From Chrysomallon squamiferum (lineage: Eukaryota > Animalia > Mollusca), in NCBI GenBank assembly GCA_012295275.1, contig CM022670.1, positions 14,012,001 to 14,076,000 on the forward strand: a stretch of 64,000 nucleotides of DNA, in the 5' to 3' direction. Positions 27,645-41,643 of this stretch are shown piece after piece; the stretch's first letter is position 1; each line of letters opens with the position of its first letter. Both the position numbers and the translations under genes were made by a program. Under the pieces are notes generated by a model that saw nothing but the letters and a program-made list of their open reading frames with translations, was not told the origin of the DNA and did no database searches.

Positions 27645-29967
27645 ATAATAATAATAATAAAAAAAATATATAATTACCTTTGCCTGGACCATTTTTCTCA
27701 GCATGTAACTTAAAAGGAAAATAATATAACAGAGTAACCAGCAAGGCATGAAAAGTTATGCTATTATTAATGTATCAGTTTTATATATATATAAAAAAAT
27801 AAAATCATAAATGATATTAAATTTATAAAAAATATAAAAAGTTTAAAGACATTAAAAAGAAATTAACAAAACAAACACATTAATCATTTTTGAAATTGTA
27901 ATTATTATATAATTCACTTACATCAGGTAACTGCTTAATATTGAACAAATTATTTTAGAAATATTTGTTTAATACAAACTCACCAATTTCTGATGAAGTT
28001 TTGATTGTGGACTAATGGACAAAAGCTGAAGTAAGTCTTCTGTGCTAAATATCTGGAAAGAGTGGTTAAAGAAAAATAAATATTATTTAATTTATAGTGA
28101 TATGTAATAGATATGTGTAAATTAATCATTCAAAATTTCTTTCCACTTAGAACTTAACAAAACTTTTATTCTTTAAACAATATTTATTCTTATAATGGAT
28201 GAGTAACTGGTCAGAAGACTGAATGAGAAAGCAAGAAAGTAAAAGATTTTTAAAATGTTATTCTTATAAAATGACTTTCATTCAGTATCTTTGTGTGTAT
28301 ATAATTAACTACCTTGGTGTGACAGTCCTAACATGGATTAACTACCTTGATGGATTGTCCTAACATAAAATGTATTTTGTAATGAGAATGTGATGGAATT
28401 TAGATTTAAATTATTATTTCAAATTTTATATGGAATTTTAAAAGTGTCTTTGTAAATACACTGAGTTATGTTAAAATATTAAGGTTTTTTTCACCTTAGA
28501 ATAGTAGTGTATGTCGTTAGATCGATAGATTGATAGATACACAGGTATATATATATAAATACAAATAGTATACAATAAACTAAGTTACCTTATCTTGACT
28601 TAAACCACTTTCTGGTAGGAAGACACTTAGCGAGTAGTCATAGTGACAGTGTTTAAGATGTGTTGCTAGGAGACTGTTGGCAGCTCGGTGAAGAAGTGAT
28701 CCTTCTTCTGGGTCCTTCAAGTCGTGCAGTGATAGTGGACCTTTGAATGATGTCTGCAGTTCTGTGACAATGCTGTTTCTCAGCTGAGACTGTTAAAATA
28801 AAATTTATAAAATGTTATTATTATTTAGTTTAAAGCAAAATAATAAACAAGTATGGAAAATATTAAAATATTTATTAAATTCAAAGCACTTTTAAGTAAA
28901 TATTTATTAATTAATAGTAGTTTGAATAGTTTTAGGTTTTTTCTCCAAATACTCTGTGGTAACAGATAATCTGTTTCTTTAGAAAACAAGACTGCTACAA
29001 TTCAGATGTAGGTCCAAATTGGTTATTTGTTGTTTAAGCAATTTAAAACTATGAAACACTTCATTAGGCTCTTTAATCATGTTAAACCTGCAGACACACA
29101 TGTGATATAATCTCATCAGCAGCAGCTAAGTTTATGTGGTCCCTCTCAGTGACAATCTCTGGTGTTTGCATGAAGCAGGATATTCAAAAGAGCATTAATC
29201 AGTTATTATGCAAAACAAAAGAGATATCTGTATCTACTTTACATTCTTTTATCTATTATAAATCATTCAGTACACACATACAGATAGAAAGCAAAAACAA
29301 GAATGTTAAAGTTTTTGTCATTTAGATATACAAATAGAGTTCAGTGTAACATGTATTTGTATCATTAATCAAAACTAAACTAAACTAAACTAAAATAAAA
29401 TAAAATAAACAATAATGATAATATTATTAAAATAAATAAATAAGTAACACATTACACATTCATTTTATACTCATTACAGTTGTTCAATAATATAAACAGA
29501 TTAAAGCAAAATGGCAAGCTGTATGATAACAGTAGCTGTGTAACTTGAAATAATATTTTGTTAAAATTAATAATGTGAAGCTGACACAAAATGATTTAGG
29601 CAGGTATCAGTTTTACACGTGTAATATTTTCTGTTAATAAGAAAAAAAAAAGGATGTTTTTGTTTTTATTTTTAATAAATATCAAATAAGAGATTACGGT
29701 TATCACGAAAACACGTCAAAGCAAACTAAACGCAGGACTGAACACGTTTTTAAGTGGCGGCTAAAAAATAATTTGAACACATACGGCATAATAGTTCGAC
29801 TCTATCCTTATGTCTGTTTAACTATCTTTAAGTGCTAACTAATGCTGATTTTAAAGCATTACAAAAATTACCTTAACGGTGTCTATAAGGCCTCGATGTT
29901 TTAAACTTCGATACAAACGACTTCGAAGCTCTTCGGCTGTCAAATATTCTGGATTAGCTTCCTCCAT
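13237..29967 (-). CDS. OFD1: Centriole/centriolar satellite protein OFD1 (oral-facial-digital syndrome 1 orthologue), ~28 coding exons, ~968 aa
   Basis: Exons spliced by hand with GT-AG sites and consistent phases: 29967-29872, 28789-28589, 28052-27984, 27708-27678, 27077-26970, 26376-26234, 25916-25827, 25557-25474, 25077-24971, 24544-24425, 23925-23852, 23441-23350, 22888-22811, 22228-22161, 21846-21803, 21146-20995, 20545-20434, 20246-20198, 19822-19570, 18911-18843, 18314-18257, 17917-17803, 17320-17199, 17040-16843, 16414-16269, 15417-15277, 14087-14035, 13270-13237. The N-terminus MEEANPEYLTAEELRSRLYRSLKHRGLIDTVKSQLRNSIVTEL...AANSLLATHLKHCHYDYSLSVFLPESGL matches the OFD1 N-terminal/LisH region (human [25 protein letters not shown]...[26 protein letters not shown], from memory). 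It is followed by coiled coils with MSDYSVLKE, ALNNEVY, IDPLMQKYM and the acidic C-terminus DDEFGW*. Boundaries of exons 20-21 are less certain. Confidence 0.95.
15040..15275. repeat. 30-bp minisatellite in an OFD1 intron, ~6-7 copies
   Basis: aaaatcaagatgtctgttcagtgtgtttgg repeated, degenerating toward the exon-26 donor at 15276. Confidence 0.9.
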
Positions 29968-30688
29968 TTCAGTTTCTTTTTAATATTTTTTTTTCAATAT
30001 TTTAGTATGTATTATCTGAACATCAATCTTCAAAAATATCATTAATTTCTTCTGATAATATAATGAACACCTGCATTTATATAACATAAGTCCAAATAGT
30101 CAACAAACATTTCAAACGACGCCATGTTACAGTCATGCACTTAATAATGTACTTCTGCAGAATACAGTTTAATAACAACATAAAACGAAAATATTTGCAA
30201 TGAATCGAAACATGAGATAGTTCGAAAGTTATTATACATTTTTAAAATAGTTTCTACATGAATGAAATTATAATTAACTGTACAGTTAGAAATTATATAA
30301 TAATGCCTTTTGTATCTAATAGGGTTGCCTCCCTTGAAAATACACGCCTCTTACTTCCATATAACTAAGGTGAGATTCTTGTACACGTCAAAATTGTCTT
30401 GATTTTCGATGACATCGTTTGTCATGATTAAATTTTCATCAGTTTAGAACTCAAATTCAGGTTTAATCCGTAACACCTGTATATTACTACTAAATTCTCA
30501 TTTAATTTTAATTTTATTATTATTATTTTTTTGTTACAAACAGAATGGCTGAATTATTTCATTGAAAGGTAAATCGTTTTATTGATTCAATTCTTGAGCT
30601 GCATTTTAATTATATTTTATTTTCAATTTTTACATTTTTTCAGTTTCTGGACAACTATAGTGTTTTCATTCTTTTAACAGACAATTCG
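29968..30688. promoter_or_regulatory. Putative bidirectional promoter shared by OFD1 (-) and NAGA (+)
   Basis: The divergent ATGs are only ~720 bp apart. The interval holds a YY1-like CGCCATGTT (~30120), a GTTGCC RFX/X-box half-site (~30324), an ACTTCC ETS-like site (~30353), ACGTCA (~30385), and a small 5'UTR exon of NAGA (~30544-30568, ...acag|...AAAG|gtaaat). Motif function is inferred. Confidence 0.6.
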
Positions 30689-33600
30689 ATGACAATGAAA
30701 CCACTGAACCAAATTCCCTATTTTCTTGGTCTCCTGGTTGCATTTCTGTCATTAGTTGGCAGTTTGGACAATGGACTGGTCAGGACTCCTCCAATGGGGT
30801 GGATGGACTGGGAACGTTTCAGGTGTAATGTAGACTGTGATACTGATCCAGATAACTGTATAGGGTATGTTTTTGTAGTAGTATTGTGTATAATGTGTAC
30901 AAGCTTTGTTGGTAAAACATGGGTATCTGACACTGAGGACCTAGTTCTGCTCCTCTTGGTGGAGAATGATTCAACTGTGCAATAAATTCATTTTCATCTC
31001 CAGTGACTTTTTTTTTTTTTCAATTTAAATCTAGAAGTCTCTAGTGAAGTTTCTCTGAAGGCTTTTTTAAAAATAAACTATATTTTATAATGTTCTCCAT
31101 TCAGAGAGAGACTTTTCATGAGAACAGCAGATCGCATGGTTAAAGATGGTTACAGAGATGCAGGATATGTGTACATTTCCATCGATGACTGCTGGATGTC
31201 TAAAGAACGAGATTCTCACTTAAAACTGCAGGCAGACCCAAAACGTTTTCCACATGGCATCAAATGGCTGGCAGATTATGTATGTCATAATCGCATCTAT
31301 TCTTTCTGTTAAATATTTTACATTTTTTATATTTTTTTAACATATTTATTTATAAGATATTTAGAGACAAATTCAGAAAATGTTTTTATTTCACATAATA
31401 TAGAGGCCTATTTGTATTGATGGATGGATGGATGGATGGATTGTTGAATGTGTGTGTGTACACACACACACATACACATTATGCATATATACATAAACAT
31501 AAAAACTAATATTTTCATGAACATGCACACACACACACACACACATTGATATTTCACATTAGTTTTCTTTACAGTGATTTAATAATAGTGTTCAAAAATG
31601 TCCTTTTCTTTATTATTATTTATCAATTAAATAAATTTGCAATTAGATGCATAAAAGAGGCCTGAAGCTTGGTATTTATGAAGACTTTGGTACAAAAACT
31701 TGTGGGGGTTATCCTGGCAGTGAGTTCTTTTTAATGACTGACGCCCAGACATTTGCACAGTGGGGTGTTGACATGCTCAAATTAGATGGGTGTAATTCTC
31801 ATGTGGATCAAATGCCTCAAGGTTAGTTTAGATTTTTTATTTAAAAATGTAAGCTAAACACTTTTCATTGTTTGTTAAAGATAATTTTTCTTTTAAAATT
31901 ATTTTATTTAATGTGAGATAAATGAATTTATTAAAAAGATTAGAAAGGAGAAAAGTATAATTTATTTTAATTTAATTTTTTTATTTCCTTCGTTTACTTC
32001 CATTTTATTTGTATATTGTTAAAACTATTTCTGTTTGATTTCTGTATTTTATTACTATATTATTAAAATTTATTTCAGGTTACACAGCAATGGGAAAGTT
32101 TTTAAACAATACTGGTCGACCGATACTTTACTCTTGCAGTTGGCCTGCTTATTCAGGTTCTGGTAAAAAAGTGAGATATGTTGTTTTAAAAATTATTAAT
32201 ATATAAATAGACAAAATTATCTTTAAACTAATACTTGAGATGATAGTCAACAAAAAAATAGTTTCAAATATTTTAATATAAATGTACGGCCATTTTGTTT
32301 TTCATAGATATTTGAAATATTAATATAAACACACAAAATTATAATAAAATTAAAATGTCATGTAAGAAAACCAAAATATTCATAATTAGAATATTAAAGA
32401 TTTTTGTTTTAAATATTTTTGACAAACATCATTTTTTTTCTTTATGTATGAGCATAACTGAATATCCTCTAATTAATGACATTTTTGTTATCATAGCAAT
32501 AATACTTCTAAAATAAAGAATAAAATAAATAAATAATGAATAAATAAACTGAATGTATCTCTAGATATTCAAAATAAGTTGTTTTAATATTGATCATAAA
32601 TATTTTCAGTCCTGTCTAACAATTTTATATATTTATATTTACAATTTTGTAGACTGATTATCAACTGATTGCTAAGACGTGTAATATGTGGAGGAACTAT
32701 AAGGATGTTGAGGATGCCTGGGACTCAGTCTATGGAATTATTCAGTTCTATGCACAGGACAGAGATAACTTCAGTTCTGTAGCTGGTCCAGGAAATTGGA
32801 ATGACCCAGATCAGGTATTAAAGGAACCAGAAATTTACATATTTTTAAAGTTACATTTTTTTAATGATTCATTTGTTAATACTTGTTTCAAACATTGTTT
32901 GTTTCTGTGCACAAGAGATAATTTTAATTTAACCACTGGAAATTTTAAGTGATATTAATTTTTTGTTTTAATTTGGATACTTATTACTCTTTCCATAGAA
33001 TTATGTTTTTTGTACATAAATAAATAATAAAAAAATAAAAATCTAAATAAACCCAGTTTACCTCTATTTCATAACAATGTGAGGTTTTATAACAATATTT
33101 TAATTATTACATTTTTAAAACATTTTTGTTTCAGTTAATAATTGGAGATTTTGGTTTGAGCTGGGATCAGCAGAAAGTGCAGATGGGGATGTGGGCAATA
33201 ATGGCTTCCCCACTTTTCATGTCTGTGGATCTGGACCGCATTAGTCCTCAGTCTCGAAAGCTTCTGCTTAACCGAAGAATTCTGTCAGTCAACCAAGACA
33301 AACTTGGAGTTCAGGGGACAAGATTAATGAGCAAGGTTTGCAGGTTTTTCTCAATAATCCCTACTCTAGAACAAAAACCAGTGACAGAATCATTAGAAAA
33401 ATCTTTATTCTTAAAATACAAGAATAATATGGGGTAAAATTTTAATGTAAGGTTTGTCAGTAAATGTTAAAGTATTCAGTTAATTAAAGCTACACTACCA
33501 TCTAAAAAAATCTCCCCCCCAAAAAATAATAATAATAAATTTAAAATAAAGCAGAAAAAAAAACATTTCAACTCTGATACTTAAAATTAAATACAATGTT

Positions 33601-34211
33601 TATAGCTATGAAAGTTTAATTATTATTATCATCCACTTTTTGAAGTTGAATCTCACAAATTTAAATTTAAAATAGAGGGAAATGTAAATTGTGGTATCTT
33701 CCATGTTATTACCAATTACAGTGTGAACAAATTGCAGAAATATAATTAATTTTGTTCTGTTTAAGAAAATCAGTCTTGCTAATAATAAAATATGAAAATA
33801 TTTGAATCATTCAGACCTGTGCACGTGGCAGAGATAACTCCAGTTGTGTAGTTGGTCTATGAAATGTGAATACTCTGGATTTACAATTTCAGAATCTGAA
33901 AATATTAATTCTTCATATTCCAGGGCATACAGCTGGATGTTTGGACAAAGCCAATATTACCAAAAGGAAGTTTGGCTGTGGCTATCATCAATGGCAATAA
34001 CAAAGGCGTTCCACAGAAAGTGGTTGTTAGTTTGAAAGAACTTGGACTGACTGATCCAGCAGGGTACAATGTAACTGAATCATTTGATGGACTGTCCCTT
34101 GGAGTGGTGCAGCTTCATACTAACTTGCTACTTCATATCAATCCTACTGGTATTTTTATGTTTACAGCAGTGCCAGTAAACACTCGTGTGAAAGCTAGGC
34201 AGTATAATTAG
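30689..34211 (+). CDS. NAGA: Alpha-N-acetylgalactosaminidase (glycoside hydrolase family 27), intact copy 1, 7 exons, 422 aa with signal peptide
   Basis: Exons 30689-30864, 31105-31279, 31647-31821, 32079-32170, 32653-32814, 33135-33335, 33924-34211 splice in frame. Motifs present: LDNGL.RTPPMGW, IDDCW, KLDGC (nucleophile Asp), YSCSWPAY (Ser/Ala pair typical of NAGA rather than GLA's SCEWPLY), WRNYKD (acid/base Asp), [17 protein letters not shown]. Confidence 0.95.
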
Positions 34212-34304
34212 TTGATGATTTAATAGATGAGGTTAGAAACATATATAATAATCATATGTATGTGTGTTTGTGTGAGCTTGTATAAATATATATTGATGTG
34301 TATG

Positions 34305-34305
34305 T

Positions 34306-34347
<42 letters not shown>

Positions 34348-34495
34348 TGATAGAAGATAGATAGATAGATAAATAGATAGATAGAGATAGGTAAGGTAAG
34401 ATAAGATAAGATTAGATAAGTTAGATAGATAGATAGATAGACATAAAGATAGATAGATAGACATATAGATAGATACATATATAGATGTAGATAAA
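34305..34495. repeat. (CA)n/(TA)n/(GATA)n compound microsatellite in the NAGA 3' region, length-variable between the three copies
   Basis: Seen here, at 52590-52700 and at 57510-57715 with different lengths. Confidence 0.9.
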
Positions 34496-34897
34496 GTCTA
34501 ATTGATAGATGGTTTTGAAAACAGCATGATAGAAAGAACAGGATTCAGTTAGCCACAAGTACAGCTCTGCTTTCTGCACTTCTAGTCAAAAATATAGTTT
34601 TTATTTTACACCAACACTTTGCAGACATTACTAAATCCTAAACAAAACATCATTTCATTCTTAACTTTTGAGTTCTGTTAATGAGCAGCTTTAAGCTGTA
34701 CACATATCAATTTTATTACATGTGGTGGTACTTAATATTTTATGGTATATAACCATTATCATTTGGTCAGAGATTTTTGTGATTTTAAGAGTAAAAATTA
34801 TTGATGTTATCTATGTGAGTATTTAACTTTAAAAGTTTTCCTAATACATCTCGAAATTTTCTTATTTTTTATATTCTATTTTATTTGTATGTATACA

Positions 34898-34972
<75 letters not shown>

Positions 34973-37034
34973 ATATACATTTTGTTAATGTTTTATTTAA
35001 GCACTGCCAATGATCAAGTAGTTACAATTACAGAAACAGATTTTAATGAAAATAAATATATGCAATACGTTTTTACATTCATTACATTGTCATGAAAGAG
35101 AATATTTTCATTCTGGAAATGGCTACCATGATATTCCTGTTCCTTTTGAACATCAGCTTGTAAAATTGCTACTTAATTATAAAATTGTTTAAAAATCATA
35201 ATAATAATTCTCTTATTGTTTGTGTTTGCATTTCAATAATAAGTGAGAAAAAAAAATGTTTTGAACTCATACACACCATGACTAGTTTTTGAAAGTTTTA
35301 CATTAATCTATAAGTGGATGTGTTTGTGTCTTTGATCTCAAACATCATGACTTACGTTTTATTAAATTATAATAAATCTTCCTTGAATTCCATGTACAAT
35401 TATTTTATTTTTATTTTATTTTAGTAAATAACTTAAGAACTCTTGAATATACACAATCACATGTTACTATTTACCTCATGCATTAAGTTTTAATAATAAT
35501 GATCTACCACTAAAATTCTGTCTTGAATACAGTGATTTAATTGTTATTAAATTTTAATAAAGATCTGTTGAACTTGATTTGATTTTCACTACTTTTTAAT
35601 ATTTGTCTTTAAAATAATGTTTTGAAAATATTTGCCATTTTCTCATTAACTTAAAATTTCACTCGTTTGTATTATTCTAATGCTACCATGTTCTATACTC
35701 TATCACAAATGATATTTTTTTTATATACTAGTAATTTTACAAAATGAGTTGATTTATTATTTTAAATATATATACTTTTTAATGATTTTTATATTTGTAA
35801 ATTGTCTTTTTAATGATATAAGTAACCTTTTGCTCAATACATTTTTTTGTAAAAGACTTAATCTGTTATTTAACGAACATCTTTTATTGATGATCAAACC
35901 ATACTGAAAAACTGGTTGTTCTTATTTATTTATTTATTTATTTATTTATTATCCTTATCTACTAATCTTTGTTAATAATAAAGTATGACCTTAAAATATC
36001 TAAGTTCAAAAGAATGCATGGTATTTTTTGCTACTTTTATTGTAATGGTATTTTGTTCACAAAATATATATATATATATGGTATTTTGTACAAAATATAT
36101 ATATATGTAAAAATTTAACAATGTATGCAAATTTATTATTATTATTATCATAATCATTATTATTATTATTATTACGCTTGAAAACACGGGTTGACCGAAT
36201 GTAATAATTTACGTTGCTAATCAGGTATTTTAGTTAGTGTAATTTCAAATTATCTGATTGTCATCATCAGTTGTTGAATCAGTTACGCCAAGTACAGAAC
36301 GGTTAATTTCCAAACATATTTTCATTGGGAGTATTAGAAACATTATTTTATAGAGGGTTAAAGAGAAATGAAAGGATTATGATATCCTGTGCGTCCAGTT
36401 AGTACAAGACAGTATCGAGATTTAAAAAGAAAAGTCTGTAATATTATATCTAAACAGAGGTGGTTAATCACTCATCAGCAAAGGTTGAAGTTTAGGTGAA
36501 GCTGTGAGTAAAATGAACTGTTAGTGTGTCGTCTTGAATTATCTTGACATGTTGCATGAAATCTTTGACTTGATATCTGCCCATAATCATCTCATTTCTT
36601 TTTGCTTTTTTTTTTAAATTCTGCGCCATAAATATTCACTGAAATATAATATCACAGACTAGATATTATGATTTATTATTCACAGATATAAATTTAAAAA
36701 GAAATAATAATATTTTATAAAAGCACAACACAAAGCAAATAGTTCATCTGGTTTCATATGCATACAACCGTCTGCCTACTTATTTTAGATGCCTACAAAA
36801 ATGAAAGGAACAAATATTGATTGAACTAATTAATGTCTGCTAAAAATATCACATCATGCTTGGAAAATATTCTATAAATAATTTTTAAAATATAAGTTAT
36901 TATTGTTAAAATCACTATCTTTCAAATTTTTACCACAGAAACAAACAGTTACGTGTAAAATAAATGTTTATTAAAATAACAAAGTAATATTCTTAGCTGC
37001 TAATATGCATCCCTGATTCGCTCCAAAAGCGCGG

Positions 37035-37078
<44 letters not shown>

Positions 37079-37115
37079 GATCGCACACACAGGTATACAT
37101 ACACGCAAGATACTA

Positions 37116-38360
37116 TTAGTTAACACCAAATCCAAAGTAGTTTCCAAAGTTCCTGACTGGTCTATCATCGTCATCATCACTGTCAACAGTGAAAATAGTG
37201 TGAATATTTTTGTGTTCTCCATTTGGTTTCTTTTTAATCTTTTCTTCGCTTGGGTAAGTCATCAGATTCACCGGATTCCAAACCCCCAAAACCCCCAGTA
37301 AAACCATCAGGCGAATTAGACTCTCCAGAACTTTTCTTACTGGCGTTCTTTGGCATATATGCACACAGTAATTATTTTTTCAGTCTATTTCTATCGTAGT
37401 CTTTAGGGATTAGCTTCCCTTTTCCAGCTGGAACATCGGGATATACAGAAGCAACAACTTTGCGACGTAGTAACTCGTTATAATTAGCTGTTTTGGGTCT
37501 CGTTATTCCGTTGGTTTCAGCTATTGGTGGAAGGTGCTGTTGTCGTGAACTATTTTGTTTTGAAGGTGGTTTTCTGGTATTGATTACATTTGCCCGCAAA
37601 ATATTGTCCCCTTCCTGTGAGAGTCTTGGTATGGCTGTAGTTTCATCCTCTAAACGTCTTTGATATTTTCCATTGACCTCTGTAGGTGAAACCCGTGATC
37701 CAGAGTTATTCGTGTTTCCTCTAGTTTTATCAACTCTAATTCCTCTCGAGCGATCCTTTACATCAGGAAAAGATAGACCGCTGTTAGAAATTCTGGTTCG
37801 ATGGGGTAGTAAAGGTATGTTTCTCGATCTGCCATACGTCAGTGGCTTAATAAGATGATCTTTTCTTGGTGTAATTAGCGGTTTTCGAAAGCTTTCTTTC
37901 TCAGTAAATTCTTTTTCCAAAAAACAATTGTTATCTGTTCCATTCTCTTCTCCTCCACGTTCTCCCTTTCCTGATAGTCCATCCGACCCGCCATTAAAAA
38001 AGGAAGTTCCTAAGTCGGATGCGAGATCCAGATTCGAAGACGGCAGATCAGTTGTATCATCTGAATTACCAGTCCGTGGTTGTGTAGAAAATACGGCTGT
38101 TTCAGTATTGTCACATTTCATTTTCGATTTTTCGCATGTCTGGTCTGGTTTCCATGTCAATGGTCCTTGAGAGAAAGCACTAGCTAAAACATTAATAATT
38201 CGAAAATTTGGACAGTCTTTTTCTGTCTCTTTTGTTTCTTGCTTTATTGTGTTGATAACCTCATTGGCATCGCTTTCAACTTTGGCTTTGCGAGCTTCTC
38301 GGTCATAAAAGATTTCGCCTTGTTTTATAAATATGTATTTTTGTCACCTTTCGTATCCAT
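37116..38360 (-). pseudogene. Orphan intronless ORF, copy A (disabled)
   Basis: Homologous to 60516-62065. Lesions: a 1-nt deletion after codon ~7 (~38342), a GAA->TAA nonsense change at 37372-37374, a 1-nt insertion at ~37236, and a ~300-nt in-frame internal segment that is absent. Confidence 0.75.
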
Positions 38361-39431
38361 TATTTATACTGTAAAGTTAAAGAAATGAAAGGGACGAGTC
38401 TGAAAAGGAAAGGAATTTAATTATTCTTGATTAAATAATACGATTCTCATGAATATATAATATTTATGAATAATTATTTATGAATATATAATATAATAAT
38501 AGAGGTTATCCGAAAAGCTTGGATCCATTAAAGTTTTGGATTTCTAAATTTTTCGGAATCTGAAATACAAGGAGATAAACTCATAGGAAGACAGAATTTT
38601 AAACATGAAATTTGTTTCATTTATGCACATAGCTTTTGGAGAGTTTTAAATATTGTTTCATACTTAATGATGTTGTGCATGATAAAATCTATCACCATCT
38701 CAATTTTGGGTTACGCTGTTGAACTTATAATGTAAATACTTATGATTAGCTCGTAAATATTTCCAATTGCAATTGTTATATTAGTATTATTATGTTAATG
38801 TCAATTAGTATAATAAAAAAAAAAAAAAAAAATAAATAAATAAATAACTGATCCTAAAACGTTGGTGCTATTCGTGACGTTTGATGAGGGAATATCTCCA
38901 GTAGTGATTTAGATAAAGTTTTTTCAGAAAAGGGGCTTTATGATTAAGGTGGCATTTATATAACTCATAAAGAAGAGAGATGAAAGAAGAGGGATCACGT
39001 TACGATAGCCTCCTTCCATCCGAATGCACGACTGTTCTGCGAGACTGACTTTTGGGCTAAAACGTTTTGTCACGACGGAATTTGTTGTACAAAGTACAAG
39101 AGACACAACATATAGGTCCGTCTCTATATAATTTTGAAGTACCAAAAAAAGAATACACACGTAAATAAGCTAATAAATATACAAAATACCGACATATTCA
39201 CATACTAAAATAGACTGTTAAAACTAAACAAAATATAAGAACAAAAGTGAATATAAAGAAATATATTATTACCTTTGAGGCTTCTACGTGAAGTAAGTAG
39301 ACATTTTAAAACAAACTGATCCTGTTTGTCAGTGTGGAAATATTGAAATATTGCCAAACTTGCAAGATAAGGTGTTAATTGTGGCGAATCCAAATCATGT
39401 TGTTTGTATTGAAAATAATATACTCACAGTC

Positions 39432-39618
39432 TAGGGCGGATCTATTATAAAACTAATGAAGCTTAAGTTTCAGAGCCCTTAATCCTAGAGACGCCCTAGC
39501 GGCCCACATTTCTTCAAAATTTTAATCAAAATATGAAAAGTGTTAAATTTTTAAAACGTTTCCACAGAAGAAGATAAAAGTGCTTGTGAAAGGCCAGCAA
39601 AATGTAGGTCCGCCACTG
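39432..39618. mobile_element. Small hAT-type MITE remnant (~185 bp)
   Basis: Imperfect terminal inverted repeats tagggcggatcta ... taggtccgccactg (CAGTGGCGGATCTA-like end) and an internal aagcttaagtttcagagccc. No target-site duplication recognisable. Confidence 0.4.
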
Positions 39619-41252
39619 TGCGCACTTTGTCAAGTAAGCTTCAGTGGACTTTGATTATACGTATTTATCTTGATATACAGGATAGACCCGGACTTTTTAC
39701 AGGACGTTCTCGACTGTTAATAGTTAGTCATTTTGTATCGCGGAGAACAGGCACTTTTGATGAATTTATAATTTTAGCTTATGTCGTTCAGTGGCTAAAC
39801 CGACGGACAGTCGATGGAACCACACACACCCGTTCTCACAATAACAGAAAATGTTTTACGTATTTTCGAGTGCCTCACTGCACCACAAATATTTGCTTGG
39901 TTAATTCCATTAAGAAAAAAAAAAAAAAAAAAAAAAAAAAAGACAGTCATAATGAGAAAGGTAGACATAGTACAGTAATGATATTGGTTTTGATAGTAGC
40001 ATAAGGTGTAGGTGTTATTTTTCATGCATTGGCATGTCTGCTGTATTACTCGTTGAATAGCTACTAAATAAGATAAATAAATAAATTTAAAAGATAAATT
40101 CAGAATTAAGTCGAATATAATTGTTTACAAAGGCTAGTACAGGTTTTATATACAGTTTTGCTGTTGTAGGTTTTTAAAAATTGTTTTGCTTGATTTTATA
40201 CAGTTTATTATTTGAGTTTATTTCTTAATCTGTGCTGCCCTGTCTTTTGATGTACAGAGTAGCTAGCTAATAAAATTATAAGACTGCATTGATCATATGG
40301 GAACAAGGAAAGGACCTCGCAAGATTTAAATTGTTGATACTTACAGCTGCACTCCCTCATCTCTGAAGATATCGTCAAGGCAAGTATGTATCCTTATATT
40401 TTTATTTCTGTAGTATGTATTTTATAATGTAGGGGTATGTGTGAGGGGGCAGAGAGAAAAAGAGGGTATTTTGCACAAATGACTGATCTCAAATCTGTGG
40501 AAATTACATTCTGAGGAAAAGAATTTGTTATTAAATACGAAATATTTAATTCTTCCCAGGATGTCTGGTGAGAAATACAAGGCAGATACTGTTGTATATG
40601 CAGAGACACACAGACGTATTTACACATCATTAAAACTCTGTTTTAGATGGTTTTCTCATTTAAATAACAGGACAACTAGACTGCTTTTACTAGTAAAACA
40701 TTTATTCCAGAAAACAATTTTTAATTTTAGCTATTACTGCGGACACAAAAAGCTGTATAATATTAGCTTACAACATAAAAAGGTAAATAAAATTAAAATT
40801 ATATTAATGAATTTTTAGTTAGTGTGTGTATCTACCTATATCTGTACCTAAGTAAACACGTGTATTTAATTATCTGTATCATTATCGATTAAAATAAATT
40901 AGTATTCTCTAATCAGAGTAAAATACAAAAACACGATAAAGTAAGTGAACACTCTTATAACTCACACAACTAAATAAATTAAACTAATATAAGTAACATT
41001 AATATATTAATAAGATAAAAAGATAAATTATAATTATGGAAAATAATTAAACTCTGTATTACTAATCACATGATGAAATAAATATAATAAAGTAAACAAA
41101 ACAAAATTAAATGATACAATTATATAAAAAATATAATTTAAAAACTGCTTAAAATAAATGAATAAATAAAAATAATTAATTAAAGATATAATATGAAATA
41201 AGGCAATAAAAGTTAATAAAATCAAATAAAAATAATAATGAAAAATGTTTTA

Positions 41253-41307
<55 letters not shown>

Positions 41308-41365
41308 TTGTTAAATATAATAATAAATTAACATAAGAAGAAGCAAAAAAATAATAATAAAAATA

Positions 41366-41397
<32 letters not shown>

Positions 41398-41643
41398 CAA
41401 CACGGAATACAACCTTAAAATACTATCACAAAAATATTAAGAGATAAATAAATAAATAAATAAATAAATAAAATTATTAATTAATTACAAAAATAAATAA
41501 AATAATAATAAAATAAAAATAATGAAATAAATGTATATATCAGGTTTTAAGTTCAGTCGTTATCTGATTTGTTTAATCGTTAATATAGTCACCAATCTTC
41601 TCAGTGTCCTCTTTCTATCTGAGCTTTTTAACTAACAAAACAT

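Noticed and set aside
30689-34211. Assignment as alpha-galactosidase A (GLA)
   Set aside because: The specificity loop is SCSWPAY (NAGA-type), not SCEWPLY.
40255-40818. Possible + strand exons (MSGEKYKADTVVYAETHRR...)
   Set aside because: The frames contain stops, no family is recognised, and no consistent gene model results.
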